From assembly GCA_910592345.1 (NCBI GenBank), contig CAJVPI010000114.1, positions 1 to 52,592 of the forward strand: a stretch of 52,592 bases of DNA. The letters run 5' to 3'. This document shows, in pieces, positions 38,169 to 52,515 of this stretch. The notes under the pieces were generated by a model. The model was not told where the DNA came from and did not search any database. It saw nothing but the letters and a program-made list of their open reading frames with translations. How positions within the stretch are numbered: position 1 is the first letter of the stretch; each line of letters starts with the position of its first letter. This stretch comes from Paraglomus brasilianum (Eukaryota). A program made the position numbers and the translations under genes.

Positions 38169-41093
38169 TAACGACAATATTGAAGAATCTCAAGTGGAAA
38201 AGAAATTAGGAAACTGATCGGATTATGATGCATTGGCATTCATATGTTACAGTCGGATGGTCTGGGTTTGGGAGAGCGATTAATCTTTCGCGTAGGGGTG
38301 TTCTTCCGATCGAAGGTTATTACCAGATTAGCTTCGTGCCACCGCAGTTAAGAATCTACAATGACCTAAATAATTAAAGTGCGCGCTTCTTCACTCCCTA
38401 TCCAAGAGCTTCGAATCACTTGTAATTCCAAATAAGGGTACCCACAATATAAATAAAATAACAACAACAATTATTCTACTGCGGGAATAAATTCTATTTA
38501 ATATTAAACAGGGCTATCTTCGATTTGGTATTTTGACTAGACAAATTCTGTCACCTGTCTGTCTCAAACAATATTTGTTTAAGTAACAATTAATAACTCT
38601 CGTTCCTCAATTAAGAGTACTAGATCGACAGATAATTTATACAGCTTAATATTAAGTGAGCCGTTTATTAATATCCGGTTAAATAATTAATATTAATATT
38701 GCAACGATGAAAGAAGTAAAATTTCGATTTCAAAGGGAATCGTTTATTTGACATTTTATTTCGTGGAATAGGAAATAATATGAACAATATTAACAACATT
38801 AACAACATGAGAATTCGACGATGTGATAAGGGCTGCTTATATAACTAGTGATTCCCAAAAATCGAAACAAAAGTTATCAACATAGAAATTTTCCAAGAAC
38901 TAATAAATTCTAAGTTAACTAGTGGTGTTGATACTAATTATAATGCTGATGCCCAAAATACAAAACGGCGGTGCCTCTCCCCGATATAACAAATCAAAGG
39001 ACCTCAACAGTCGTAAAAAAACTATTTTGCAATGGTAAATTATAAATTAGCCGATGATGCAAACCGACAAATAAATCCTCATGTACGTACGTATATTAGA
39101 GAATAGGAGACTTTCCTAAATGGGTGGTCAGAATTTGGTGAAGTCATAATAGTGTTTTCAAATGCATCCTTTTCTGACTAATTAATAAAATCTTTTAGTG
39201 TATTTGACGTAACATTTGAAGAGATTTATATTTGCCTACCGATAGTACATCTACCAGCCAACCACAAATTTCTTTTGGTAGAGTATCGACATTATCAGTC
39301 TTCATTATTATACATTGTTTGTTGACATTTACTGACCAAATATTGCATAGTTTGATCGCAAAGTGTTGGCTTTTGCGGCGTTGTTATCCCTTAAACCGTC
39401 TAGCGGGCAAGCTTAAATTAATTTTGACCAGTTTTTGTGTAATTGCTTGTGATTTACCTAATCTCTTTTCTAAACCAAAATGAAAGTGTAGCGATAATCC
39501 AAGTTTTATACCACAAAAAAGAAATACTGTTGGCACATTCTCTATGTCCCTAGTAAGAAATCCCCCCCCACAATATATCATGGAAAGGTATGTCCTCTGC
39601 AGTCAGACAAAATACATTACCTTCAAGTTCAACTTCCAATTTGCTCTTGAAACTACAGAACAATATACTGATAAGGATGAAGAATATGTACCTCTGTCAA
39701 CATCTCGTCATCTCATAGACGATCTAGTCAGACATTGCAGAGGATGGAGAAGAGGACACCTAAAGTTAATCTTCGTAAATTATTCAGCGTACTAATCTTA
39801 ATCAGATTTCTGGCTCACCAACAACCCTTTTTCAAAGAAAAATAATACAACCTGCCAATCTTTCGATATCAGCCTCGCCATGTCTCCCTCTGCTCCATTG
39901 ACGAGAAATCTATCGATGTTCATTATTTGTAAAATCTACGAAGTTGGATCTTCACTGGAGATATCCCAAAAGCGACCAGCATTGCGGATCAGTTTGCTTA
40001 AAGTAGTCCATTGCGTTTCCACTTATTATTTCTTATTCACGAAGCAAAGAAAAAAAGGTTTATTTCAGGTATAGGTATTGCGAAAATGTGGATACGTTTA
40101 CGGTAATTGTCACGCGCAAATAATAATCACATGACTGATTATTAGTGCATCTTTCATCCAACTATTGATATGTTACAACCCATCCGGTGCATGTACTATG
40201 CCAATAACTGTTTACATATATCATGATTTAGTTGGAATGCAATTTCTTCTCACGTACATATTAATGCATTTTATCGCGTATTAAAGGCAATATTGTCGAA
40301 CAAATGTTATACTTTTAGAAGAAAATATTATGTACTGTGTTTTTCAGTACGTGGCTATTTTTATATACCATACTTATAAGATTATATGCACGATACATGT
40401 AAGTATCTTAATCAAGATAGTTATAACTAATAAATTGGAGGCTTAACTTTGTTCTGTTGACAGCTATTACAACTATGGTAAATTCTAAGATTACAACATA
40501 TCGAATTAAAAACAAAAGAATTCTTATTCCAAGTGTTTAATTTTAGCACAACAAAGCCAGTTTTTTCCCCCGAGGATGACAAAAACAATAATTTGGAAGT
40601 TATGCACGAACGGTTGTTTCGATGATTGGATCAACAAATTCGGAAACGTAACTGTCACAGTCTAAAAGTTTATTTGAGTTTGGCAAACACCAATGACTGT
40701 TTAGTACTAATCGAAAGTTTGATCAAACGGTTATTTTTGGGACATACAAACTTTTAACCTTAAAATATTATTAATGTTAACAGTATCGTTACCGTTTAGA
40801 GCCAAATTTGGTAACTGACAACATACTATTAAAAAAGAGCTCCGTTCCATTTACCAAGTTAAACCGGACTTTGCCGTATGTATACCATTTGCTATTCGAT
40901 TCATTGTTCGTAAAAGCGAAGTATTCTCGCCAAATAGCTAATTTCAATTTAATTTACATTCCAAAAGCCTATATTAGACTGACCATCATCGTGCTAACCT
41001 AACACAAACGCAATCTTTTTGTAAAGTGCCAGAGTCATTGTCATATAAATAGAGAGCGTCTGGCACCGCTATAAACCAAAACACTGAAACCAA

Positions 41094-42779
41094 ATGGATT
41101 CATTGAGTTTCTTTGATTCTTCAATTGGAACCTCTGATTTAATTTTTTTCTTTTCAATATTGCTTATAACATATATCGGTTACTTTTATTTTAGTTACCT
41201 TACACGAGAAAACCCACTCCCCGGTCCTCTTCCCTTACCTTTTGTTGGCAATATTATTGACAGAGGTTTCGACAATTTCATTGAATACACAGAGCGCATG
41301 CGAGAAAAATATGGAGACATGTTCGAAATATACTTTGGGCCAAAAAGGTTTATTATGTTAAGTAAATACGAACACATTGCTAGTATGTTCGGCTATTCAT
41401 TAAATTCAAAATACATGAGACGTGTACCGCGTTTGGCTGGATTAGAAGAATTGGATATTGCAGGGAAAGGCGTTGCATTAAACCATAACGTAAACACTTG
41501 GAAGTATAACCGACAATTTATTTCGCGATCGCTACTTGCACCAAGCTTTTCGGAGTATGCTGCTATTTGGACACAACGCTTGGTCAAAGAGATGATGGAG
41601 TTTTGGAAAGAAGCATCAAATGACGATGGCTGTTTTGAAACCGACCTTGTAGAATGGGCTCATAGATTTACAACCGATTCTATAACCCATTTCACGACTG
41701 GGAAAAGAATACACGCTGTTGAAGCACTTCATGTCGAATTGTTGGCATCAAAAAACAAGAGACTCTCCACTAATAATTTAACAAATGCTACCAGAATCTT
41801 TAAAAGCATTAGAACTTTAGTCGTTGGGATTTATTTCTTTATAATTGTTCCCTCATGGATGCGAAATTATCTGCCGTTTCTCAGCAATACCACCAAGAAC
41901 TATTTAGAGAATCGTGATTGGTTGTTTAATAAACTTGATGAAATTATCAAACAACGAAGAAGAGAAATCGAACATACACCTCGAGACCAACCGCTTAGGC
42001 TTGATATGCTGACTTCGATGATTACTATAAACACGAATCGTAATATTCGCAAATTTGATGAACATTGCAAACCTTTGACTGATGAGGAAATTCGTGGAAC
42101 GTTATGGGAAACATGGGTCGCCGGAATGGATACGGTACGAACATAATGACCAACTTTTTGAAAATTTAACAAATCGAAACAATAATCAAATTATGTTTCA
42201 TTTTTTTAGACTGCCAATCTGTTCACCTTTATTGTCTACCACTTGGCACACTATCCTGATATTTTGAAACGACTACGTGAGGAATTGGACCAATTCTTTG
42301 AAAAGTTAGGCGATCGTCAGCTTGATTACAAAAGTTTGTCGGAATTAGTCTATACCGAAGCTATTCTCAAAGAAGTATCTAGAATTCTTACACCAGCACC
42401 TTACACGGCGCGAAACAGTACTGCAGAAGATATTCTGGAAGGTCGTGTATGGCCTGAAGAGACACAATATATCATAAACCTTCATGGCATAAACCACAGC
42501 AAAGAATTATGGGATAAACCCGAAGAATTCGATCCCGACAGATGGCTTAATAATACAAAAAGTGAAAAGTTGATGCCTTATGTGGTATTTGGAGGAGGCC
42601 GCCGTGTTTGTCCTGGCAGAAAATTGACTATTATAGAACTTAAATGTTTAATCGCTTTAATATACCATAAATTGGACATTGAATTGGTTGATGAAAAAGC
42701 TCCTTTGAAAACCAGGTTCATACTTCTTAGAAGTTTTTACGACTTACAAGTTCGAATTAAATCCAGAAAGATCGATTAA
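41094..42779 (+). CDS. Cytochrome P450, 2 exons (41094-42134, 42210-42779), ~536 aa
   Basis: N-terminal TM anchor, PLPGPLPLP hinge, I-helix AGMDTT split by a 75-nt phase-0 GT-AG intron, EVSR (ExxR), PDRW, heme motif FGGGRRVCPG. Confidence 0.95.
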
Positions 42780-43293
42780 GTTAACAGTAAATACTTTATT
42801 ATTATTATTAGAATTTGGTTTGAATTATAAATATGCAAATAAAATGTTAAATATAATTATTTCTCTACGTTCGAAGACGGTTTTCGAAAAGGATATTTTG
42901 AGAGAATGACGAAAGTTTTAAGGAGAACACAATAAATGGACGTGTCCAATTACCATCTTGGTCAAAACCACTCGTGTCGTCTCACGTATCACAATACTCT
43001 TATAACTTAAAATTTTGGCCGTGACAAGCAGACTGTACTTTTTTACGTACGGAATATTGCCTTTATTGGAATGCTGTCTATAATAATGAAAGGTAAGAAT
43101 TCATGACGTCATAGTTATGCGCAGAAATTGCCTAATATTCCATAAATGCATAAATTAAAATGCACCTTTAGTTAGATCGGGATGTCACACAAACCGATTT
43201 TAACTTTTTAGCTGATTAAGTTCCCTCACAAGAACGTTAGGGCTTTGAAGTTTGATAATTATTTGATCCGTAGATCATAGCACTCTTTACATA

Positions 43294-45258
43294 ATGAATA
43301 CGCAGACTTTAGGTTAGTCTCATGAACGATTTCTAGGTTTTCATAGTAATAATTGTCTATTCAATACCATTACCGTCTAATTCCTTGTCACTATTCAAAA
43401 GATCTAGACGTCCTTCAACCGCAGCTCCAACCACAAGTTCAAGACCAACACCAGCATACGCTACAAACACAGGTAGCAGAACAAACCCAGGAGAAACCGG
43501 CAAGATTTCGAGGGTTCATTGCCGGCATTACTTCAGGTGTTACTAAACTATGCGTTGGACATCCATTTGGTAAGTTGTGATTAATATGATCCGAGAAAGA
43601 GGATTATTTTTATAGCTTGTTTCGCCATTTCAGATACTGTAAAAGTACGATTACAAACATCCGGTAACAATGGTCGTTTTCACGGAGCGATTCACTGTTT
43701 GATGGCTACAATACGAAAGGTAACGTGTTGTCTCCGAGGTATCATTATCAGACATCCAAAATAGCTAATTAAAGGATTGACTATTAAGGAGGGCTTTTTT
43801 GCACTATATAAAGGTTTGCTCTTTAACACATTTCGACGTCAACCCAAGTCGCAGGCATGTAATCACCCTATATAAATGTGCTAATAGGTGCAACACCTCC
43901 ATTAATTGGATGGATGTTTATGGACAGTATAACGTAAGGCTTCAGATTATAAATGTATGGTTATATAATATGTAAACGACACTAATACATAATCCACATA
44001 TTATAAACAGGCTTGGATCTCTTCATAATTTTCGGTTATTTCTAAAGGGCAATGATCCATCCGCGCAACTAAACCTCTTCCAACACGCATTAGCTGGGTT
44101 TGGTTAGTTTTGTTATCACTGAATAATTAAATAAACGTATACTTTTACATTTACCATTGGTTCTGCTTTTATATAGGTTCTGGTATGGTAGTGTCTTGTA
44201 TCGCTACGCCGGTGGAACACATAAAGGCAATTATCAATACGGCCGTACTCTTGTCTCTTATTTCTCTCAATCAGAATATACATGAAGACTGCATTTGTTA
44301 AATAATCAACATTGACTAATATTATTTATAGGCAAGGTTGCAAATTCAATACGATGCAACGACAAAAACGTATACAGGTCCGATCGACTGTGCTCAGAAA
44401 TTAGTAAGTTGAGTGAGGGTGCAAGAGGAGTTAGAGGACTATCAGTGAGAGAACTAAGCACATTACGGATTGATATTACAGACTATTAACTATTGATTTT
44501 CATGATGGATGTGTAATCTTGGACGAAGATACGCAATAATGGAGTGTTTGGGCTTTGGAAAGGAATGGGAGGAACCCTACTTCACAGGTGTATATAATTT
44601 TCGACGGAGATATTTTGCAGAATCTGGATGCTTTTGTTCTTCTAGAAAACTCCCCACTAACGCCCGATAAACGTCCTCAGGTCATGGTTCAGCGTATTAT
44701 GGAGTTCATATGAAGTAAGCTCTCAATAAACATCCTGGAGTTTTTGTCTTTTCGTAATCTAACTAACCACTTTCATGGTCTTGAAAAGCTTTACTCCTCA
44801 TACTTGCGCAAAACGGGTTTAAGTGAGCCAATAATCAATGGTCTTGCTGGCGGGATGGCAGCCAATACATTTTGGCTATGCGCGTATCCTTTTGGTGAGT
44901 CTGAAAAGTGCGAGATTAGAATGACAGAACATGACAAGTGTGTATTAATTCACAGTCTTATTAATAGACGTCGTGAAGAATCGGATCATGACACAACCCG
45001 ATATCAAGCCGCTTCAACACCCCAGCTGGATTAAATGCTTCAAACATCTTTACATTACAGGTGGGCGCTTACGAACAACTATTCTTTAACCGTGAATAAT
45101 TAACTCATCATGTTTCTTGTCTTGTACACGCGATAGAGGGTTTCTATGGCTTTTATCGAGGATTCATGCCATGTTTACTGAGATCGTTTCCCACAAATGC
45201 GGCGGCTATTGCCGTTTGGGAGGCAACAATGAGGTCACTGAAAGCTATTGGTTATTAA
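43294..45258 (+). CDS. Mitochondrial carrier (SLC25), amino acid/carnitine-ornithine carrier-like; ~13 exons
   Basis: Three Px[D/E]xx[K/R] signatures after splicing: GHPFDTVKVRLQ, ATPVEHIKARLQIQY, AYPFDVVKNRIM. Also EGFFALYKGATPP and GFYRGFMPCLLRSFPTNAA. The first micro-exon (43294-43312) is less certain. Confidence 0.9.
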
Positions 45259-48200
45259 TGAAAAAGATGACGCCTGATCGTATTATAAACAGCAAAGTTG
45301 CCCATAGAGGAATAAAACGGAACTAAATCATATGCAGATATTGGGTACTAAGATGGAGGGTAAAACCTGCACACTACAAAACGTCTCGTTGACAACAGAA
45401 TTCTAACTAAACAATGTATCACATTTTATGGTTTGTATCCGACTACCTCTAGATCGTAAATTGTATGCTCTGCTCTATGCCTGCAGTAATTCCAATAATT
45501 ATATGTTTTCGCGACATTATCCTAAAATACTCCTAATACAAGAAGGCGGGAGAAGAAGATTTTTAGTAGAAATGCCAAATAGAACTACAAGTTTGAACTT
45601 TGCATTCCCTCATATCGATTTCACTTCGACATGATTGTGAATGAGATATGATTCAGAGAGCAACAATATAATATACCTTTGGGAATTGGATTTGAATGAA
45701 GCATTTACTTTTTGGTCATTGCAAATGAATTTATGAAGGAATATACAGATTTAAACCCACTAGCCACAAACTTCCTGCGACAATCTTGTTTCAGTAAACG
45801 CAATTGCTAGCAGTTTATTGATAAAAAAATTAGAACTGTTCCAAGCCCCTCACTATAAATGACATTTGATATTCACATACGGCTCATTATATACAATCAC
45901 TCCTGCCGAACCGGTAGTACTCAACTTTTTGAACGACTCTTGAACTCGAAAAGTTCATCGAATGGAAGTCTTCAATAAATTCGTAAAGATTTAAAATATA
46001 GATGGTGAGATACTAAATTATATTAGGTGCTGCATTTTCAATGAAAGAGGCTTACACCGGGTCACCATTTGTATCATATATCGGTGTTACTTCTATTGTA
46101 GGTCTGCCTACGCACCTAAGGAACAGGAATGAAGATTAAGCGTTAGAGTTCAAACTTCATTGGCTGTGTTGACTCTTAAAGTTTCATTCTTACCGTTTGA
46201 AGATTCTAACAAATGGTACACAGACAATTTTTTTTCCAGTGAGATCACATTGATACTGTGTTATTTCAAAGTACTTGCATTTGGAACCTATAGTCGACAT
46301 CTGACAAAGTGTAAAGTGTATGGATATAATATATTATTTGTCTAGAGTATATGATATTGTGTAATTCCATGTCACACAAGATGGTCATAAAGCAAAAAAC
46401 CGCCGATATTAAAGCGAATTTCTTTGCGTCGTGATTGAGGATCCATGTGTAGAGGGATGCTTAGTATTTTTGTTACAGATGAATAGAATTGTGCAAAAAG
46501 CCCATGAATACCATGTTCAAGGAAAATGGCAACTGAAAATTATCGGAATCAACTTTATGAATTTAGCGTTATTATTATCTAAATTTATGAATAATGTGAA
46601 TGCGGAATGCCAGTTATGAATGATTCAATCTCTAGATGCGATGAAGTTGGTTCAATATAATGGTTTTTTCTAATAAAATTGGGCTCGATATAATGACATT
46701 ATATAGCGATTTACTGTATTAGTATTAGTATATAGAATTTTCGGAATAACGTTAATATTTCAAAACAGTTGAAAAAACATTTTCAATTAAGCGCGATTCT
46801 TTTAAGAGGAAGCAATTAAATTTCAATCTATTTCGGTTTAAACGGTTAGACGATTTGTTCATTGACAAGTTAAGACGCTCTATATTCACCTGCTCTTCGG
46901 GACTTCGAGAAATTAATTCTTAATCCCGCTAATAAAGAAATCACTGATATAATAATGTTTCATGTGACCAAAAATAATCCCTATTATTGTGATAGGCTTA
47001 CTTACCCGTCACCTAGTGATTTTATCAAGAGAAAAGGTGATGCAATTAATGCAATTTTTCAGAATAAAATGAAATTCTCGCCAACCAAGTACGATTGGTT
47101 TGAATGAAGGATTAAGGAACCGCAACCTCCACTGGCACGTGAAAATGTTGTTGGTCAAGATTAAAGCAGAATATGGTTTGCTTTATACTGTACACTTTCA
47201 ATTGGTTGGCACCTGGGAGAGAGTTTATGTTCAGCTTATAGATGACAACTTTGTTAATGATCGGAATGCATAAAAATCTTATGTCTGCTTTCGATAAAGT
47301 GTCGTTATTATTATCATTAGTATTTACACATAACTAAACCATTTCAGAGGAAGAATACTGTAAGCAACGTGGCTTGTAACAACTACAGCGCCTTGTAGCT
47401 AGATTGGACATAATAATAACACATCAGGCTAGCGTGAATAAATGTATGAGTTTTCGATTCTGTGTTTGCAATTCCACATTACGTGAATTATGTGCAAAAT
47501 AGGTTAAGAATGTTCTATTTGTGTTTATGTATCGAACACGTCATATAAACTCGGCTTCGCTCGTGGATGAGAAGGCGTTGTTTATGTTCTCTAGAACGGT
47601 TTGTGAGAGAAATCTCCCAGAACACAATTTTTTGTCCCTTATTTACCGTAAGAACCATGTCTGAATGAGAACAGCAGCTTTCTAGCGGTCCCGGCTGGAG
47701 ACCCGTCATCTTTAGGGGCCAAAGTAGAATTTTAACGATTAATGATACTAGCGATATATTTTATTCAGTATCTTACAGATTAACGTAAATCGATATTACA
47801 ATCACCCGCGATAACTTAAACCATGTCAGTTGCATATTATTATAAGTGTTAATGAAGTCGGCGAGGCCCAAGTAATAAATGTAAAACAGTATTATTATTA
47901 TTATTATGGTAATGCTGGCGTTTAAGATGGCTTAATGAGAGATATCTTATCAAACTCTTTCGGGATGTTTCCATTGGCAATTTTACTGATACAAAACTAA
48001 TAATATAAGCAAAGCAAATGTTAACAGTAGGCTGTTCAGAAGAAGAAATGAGTTTGATCTCGTCATATTATGTTTGTAAATTTGGAGTCCACAATGAAGT
48101 CCATTTTTGTTGTCTGACGTGCCATAAATCGAGACTATTAATTTTTTGAATCTATCCTGACGTATCATTCTAGAACCTGAACTATTTGGTAAAGAAATCA

Positions 48201-48505
48201 TCGGAGCAGTTTGTTCTTCAAAATATTCTTCAGTGAGATATTGAAGATCTAACAAAGAATGTGCGCATCGTCGAAAACGATTCCACCATCAATAGCCAAC
48301 ACAATGTTACTGTAACATGAATATTATATCATTATTAAAGATAAGTGCGTTTATTGTGGAACTCGTCTCGTTAAAAATACAGTAAACTGTAACATGTGTG
48401 TACAATCCAGTTCAGTTGTAACTGAAATCAATATAAAATATCATCTTCAGGAAATCGTAGAATATAAATACATTTGTGTTGGTATAGCATACTGTATATA
48501 CACTT

Positions 48506-49108
48506 TTACATAGCACTGATCAAAGCAGCAATCCCCATAATCACCATAAACCAAATCTGGCTACCCCATCTCGCCACAGCAAGCCTCTCAGCCCCGCCAT
48601 AAGCACTACCAGTTGGTTTGGGCCCAGACGTCGCTGTTTGATCATATCCAGAGGCATTCCCGGCAAGAGCACTACCTGCTTGGCATGTTGCTCTAATCTG
48701 TTCCACAGTTGGTGGCACAGAAGTGTTCAATAAGGTATTCGTCTGTCCAGTCTGCTGAAAACAATAAAGACATAATGGATACACCTTGAGAAATGTATCG
48801 CCGCATGCACATTTGAAAGCGTTGAAAAATCCAGCAGGATCGAATATAGCGTTCCAAAAGTTCTGAAGTATCGCCGAAGAGCGGATGCATGAATCAAACG
48901 TTGAATAGTCTTTTTGGCATGCTACGCAGGAGGGTATTGATGGGTCAAAATAGGGTGTTGATTGAGACAGTGTGCCCGGAAGAGAGATTAAAATGATGAT
49001 AATGATTAGGATAGAAAACGAGGGACGGGAGAGAAAGAAATGAGGAATCGATATATTATTGAACGAAAGGCGGAGCGATCGGAAAGATGACATCTTGTTT
49101 GGAATCAT
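48506..49108 (-). CDS. Secreted Cys-rich, probably GPI-anchored cell-surface protein (~200 aa)
   Basis: Hydrophobic signal-like stretch (ILIIIIILISLPGTLS), 8 Cys (CxxC..C..CxC..CxxC..C), Ser/Thr/Gly linker, hydrophobic C-terminal tail. Confidence 0.8.
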   Translation of the reverse strand: MIPNKMSSFRSLRLSFNNISIPHFFLSRPSFSILIIIIILISLPGTLSQSTPYFDPSIPSCVACQKDYSTFDSCIRSSAILQNFWNAIFDPAGFFNAFKCACGDTFLKVYPLCLYCFQQTGQTNTLLNTSVPPTVEQIRATCQAGSALAGNASGYDQTATSGPKPTGSAYGGAERLAVARWGSQIWFMVIMGIAALISAM

Positions 49109-52100
49109 GCAATTGAGGAAAAAGGGGTTGTAAAGCTACGAAAATTCTGTGAATAGGTACGGAGAGGATGACAGATTGGATGAGAAGTTGAATAGAGCAG
49201 CTACCGTTAGATGCGACAGTCGTAGCAAGAACAACCAGACAACCGAATAAATGAGTGGGTTGTTGGACAGCAAATAGACGGCTGTTATGAATAGCAGTGG
49301 GACATACAATTGGTCTTTGATATCGTTGATGTGACTCCAAGCTTTCGTTAATATGATGACAAGATGTTTCAATGATCAAGAATCTTCCCGTAATTCGCAA
49401 TTATCTTAATAACAACTCCTCCGATATCAATGATCATTAAATAGTTCCGGTAGCTTGACGACTCAATCTCGTATCCTCTGGGAATGTGAAGAAGATTAAG
49501 GGGGGAGAAAGCATGAGAGAGTCAGGTTAAAAAGGTGCAATACTACGCGTAACCGTTAATGCCTTATTTAGAAAGTCTCATTAAGGGGGGGTGACGGTAT
49601 ACTGTATTAGTATGTTATTATTATGTGTTACTAATACTCACTAATACTAAACCAGATGTGTTTAGCGTCATATTGTACACACGTTTCAGATACGGAGTAT
49701 GATTGAATCAAGGAATCCGACTTATCGAGAGGATTTAAATATGAAAAACAAAGTACAGAGATTTTTCCGACTTATTGAGTTTACCTATACAAGCAAATTG
49801 GATAAACTCGTGCTTCCAAACTTAGCATCAGCAGCTTAATACTCCTTGAATAGCGATGATTTTCGGCATAAGAGCATTCCTCATAGTACTTAAGCTGCTT
49901 AATTTGTTCGATTATGAGCTTTGTTGGTATTAACTTGGAAGGAGCCATTGAATATAATAGGTTACTTTACAGGAATCTTTTGAGTTGCAACCAACTCAGT
50001 AAAGGTAATTGACGGATGGCAGTGGTTATAATATTAAGTGACTGCTCTAATTTTATTTGGTCACTCTTTCTGATACCTCTTGGACCAAAGATAACAATTA
50101 TACCACGTATTTGCATAAGGTAAGAAATTAAGAATCAAGTAGTTTACTGCATTATGAAAGCCTACGACTGCATAGAATGTCAATGTCTTGCATTTAATCA
50201 ATAAATAAGTAAGATCTATTACCTAGCGTGCAATTCTTAACCTTAAGACAAGTTAGTTAAAATTTCTCATTTAATTTCTCATCTTTGAAATAAAAAAGTC
50301 GGGTAAATCAAGATGATAAAAAATATAATAGAATTGAATCGACATTGGCACAACTTAAATTTACATAGAAAAGAAGTCTATAATTTTAGTCCCTTGACAA
50401 GTATTGTATTGGTGTTGGAGATTTCAAAAAAAACAAACAACTCACTATTGTCAACTTGTATTATGTAATAGGTAATTAACAGTAATTTTTGTATTGTTTT
50501 GATAATTTTTCGGAAAAAAAAAAACAAACCAAAAACATATTTTCTAATAATGTGAATTTTAATTGTTCGTTATCGTTTCGAAACGTATAGTATATTCTAA
50601 TGGTAATACGGGCAATAAAATTTACTAACAAATCGCCAATACTTTTTTGTACAAAATTGATAGTAGTAATTTTTCCTGGTTACGTAACTAGAATTTACTC
50701 AGTATTCGTGCTTTTATGTAAGCCTATTATTATATGCTATACTATTCGTTAATTATTTTATTTACGCAAATATTGCACGTGTTTGTTTATAAAAAAAATC
50801 AGCAGATTGGAGAACAAACGAATTGACACGTGTAACACTTAAAAAGATAATTGACGAAGGGGATGATCAGTTATTTGATTTTCATCAGGTATTAGTGTTA
50901 ACGTATGTATCACGCGTTTAAATCGACCAGTGTTGTAACAACCGCATTTGTTTACTCATATAGCTAACTACGGAATACCCGGAGATATTAATTAAAAAGA
51001 CAAAATAATATTAATAGAATTAATAAAAATTAGGAAGAATTAAACTAAATAGAGTTAGCAGTAAGTTCCCACCATCTACGTATAATGTTTTCTTCAAAAT
51101 GGTTGGTTCCACGATGAAATTAATGTTTTGAATTCATCCAGAAGTAACAAGCCATTGAAAGGGGTCCAGCTCCCATCTTCTGATCTTCTGCTTGTGAGAA
51201 AAAAGTCTTAAACTTCAGTAGTTGACCCGTTGTTCAAAGAAAAGGAAGCCTATCCGCAGGTAACCTTCTAGGGGCACCTCGGCTTATTAATATCTAACAA
51301 TAAGGTTATCAAATATTCACTTACGTAACGTTTGTGTTTAGTAAATGAACCGTTTAAAGCGTAGCCAGGTCGCATATGAAACAGCTTATGCGATTGGGTT
51401 GGGAATGAATTTTATTTAAATTAGATGATGGCACAAAGGCGTACAATGTAAGTAGTACAGAATTTGTAGCTAAATTAGTAGACGCGATATAATATAAGGA
51501 GCATAAAAATTCCATTGTTAAAGATTTTTGCTGTGTAGCCGCGTAGTGTTGTTAAGGCGTTTAGGTGTGCTATTTATATATCAATAATACGTTTAATAGT
51601 TTATAAGTAAATATTAAATATTCACGCTAAATAAAGACTAAGACCAAGTGGTGAAAATAATAAGTCATCCCCACACATGAACGAAATTATACTCATTCAA
51701 ACAGCAGGCACGAGGAAAAAGTCGGAAACGCTTCCAATTGACGAATCACAAGTCATACCCCTTATTAATTATACTTTCCTTGTTGCTAGTTGCTGGCGGC
51801 AGCGCTATCACTGAAAGAGTCGCTTTCTTTTTAAAGAATTCAGATGGGATTAAGCTAAAAATTAAATCACTCTAAAAGGAAGTTACTTAAAACTAGCATC
51901 CTAAACAACAACAATAATAAAGCGTTCTGATTGTACGTTGACTAAACTAAATCAGATTGCCTATATTCGAATGGTATATAGAACAATAAGTAACGAACTT
52001 ATGTAATAAATAAAGTCGCCCATATGATGTCTAAGCCTAACAATTGTGTCTCAAATCCTGTCGTGTATTGTTGTAGCGTGCTTTAAATACTAAAAAGTTC

Positions 52101-52439
52101 TTATATGGATGAAACATGATACTTGGGAGATGTTCGCAATTGGATAGAACTGCATCGAAGTCACGTTACTGCATATTTTTTCACCGATGGCATCTGGCGA
52201 TTCACCTTTGTTACTATTACTAAGAATTAGAATGATTTACAGCAATACTAAAACGCTCAGTGTACCGAGTCCATCTACAACGCCGCAATCATCACCATCA
52301 CCGCGGCCTATATTAAAACGAACAATGAAGATTAACTACTACGCGGATGAGATAGAGGGATTAGAAAGGAAAAGAGTAAGGAGATCAGAGAGGAGAGTCA
52401 AGTTCATTGATATGATTGAATTGATTCAGTATACTTATA

Positions 52440-52515
52440 AGGAGGATGAGGAGGACGAGGATGACAATGATGACAATGATGATAATGATAATGATTGTGA
52501 TGATTGTGATGATTG

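Noticed and set aside
39500..40015. Minus-strand fragment MDYFKQTDPQCWSLLGYLQ*..
   Set aside because: Looks like an eroded member of an expanded fungal family but is too short and disrupted to name.
45430..46350. Possible decayed kinase/CRN gene on the minus strand
   Set aside because: Only scattered coding-like patches; no diagnostic motif recovered by eye.
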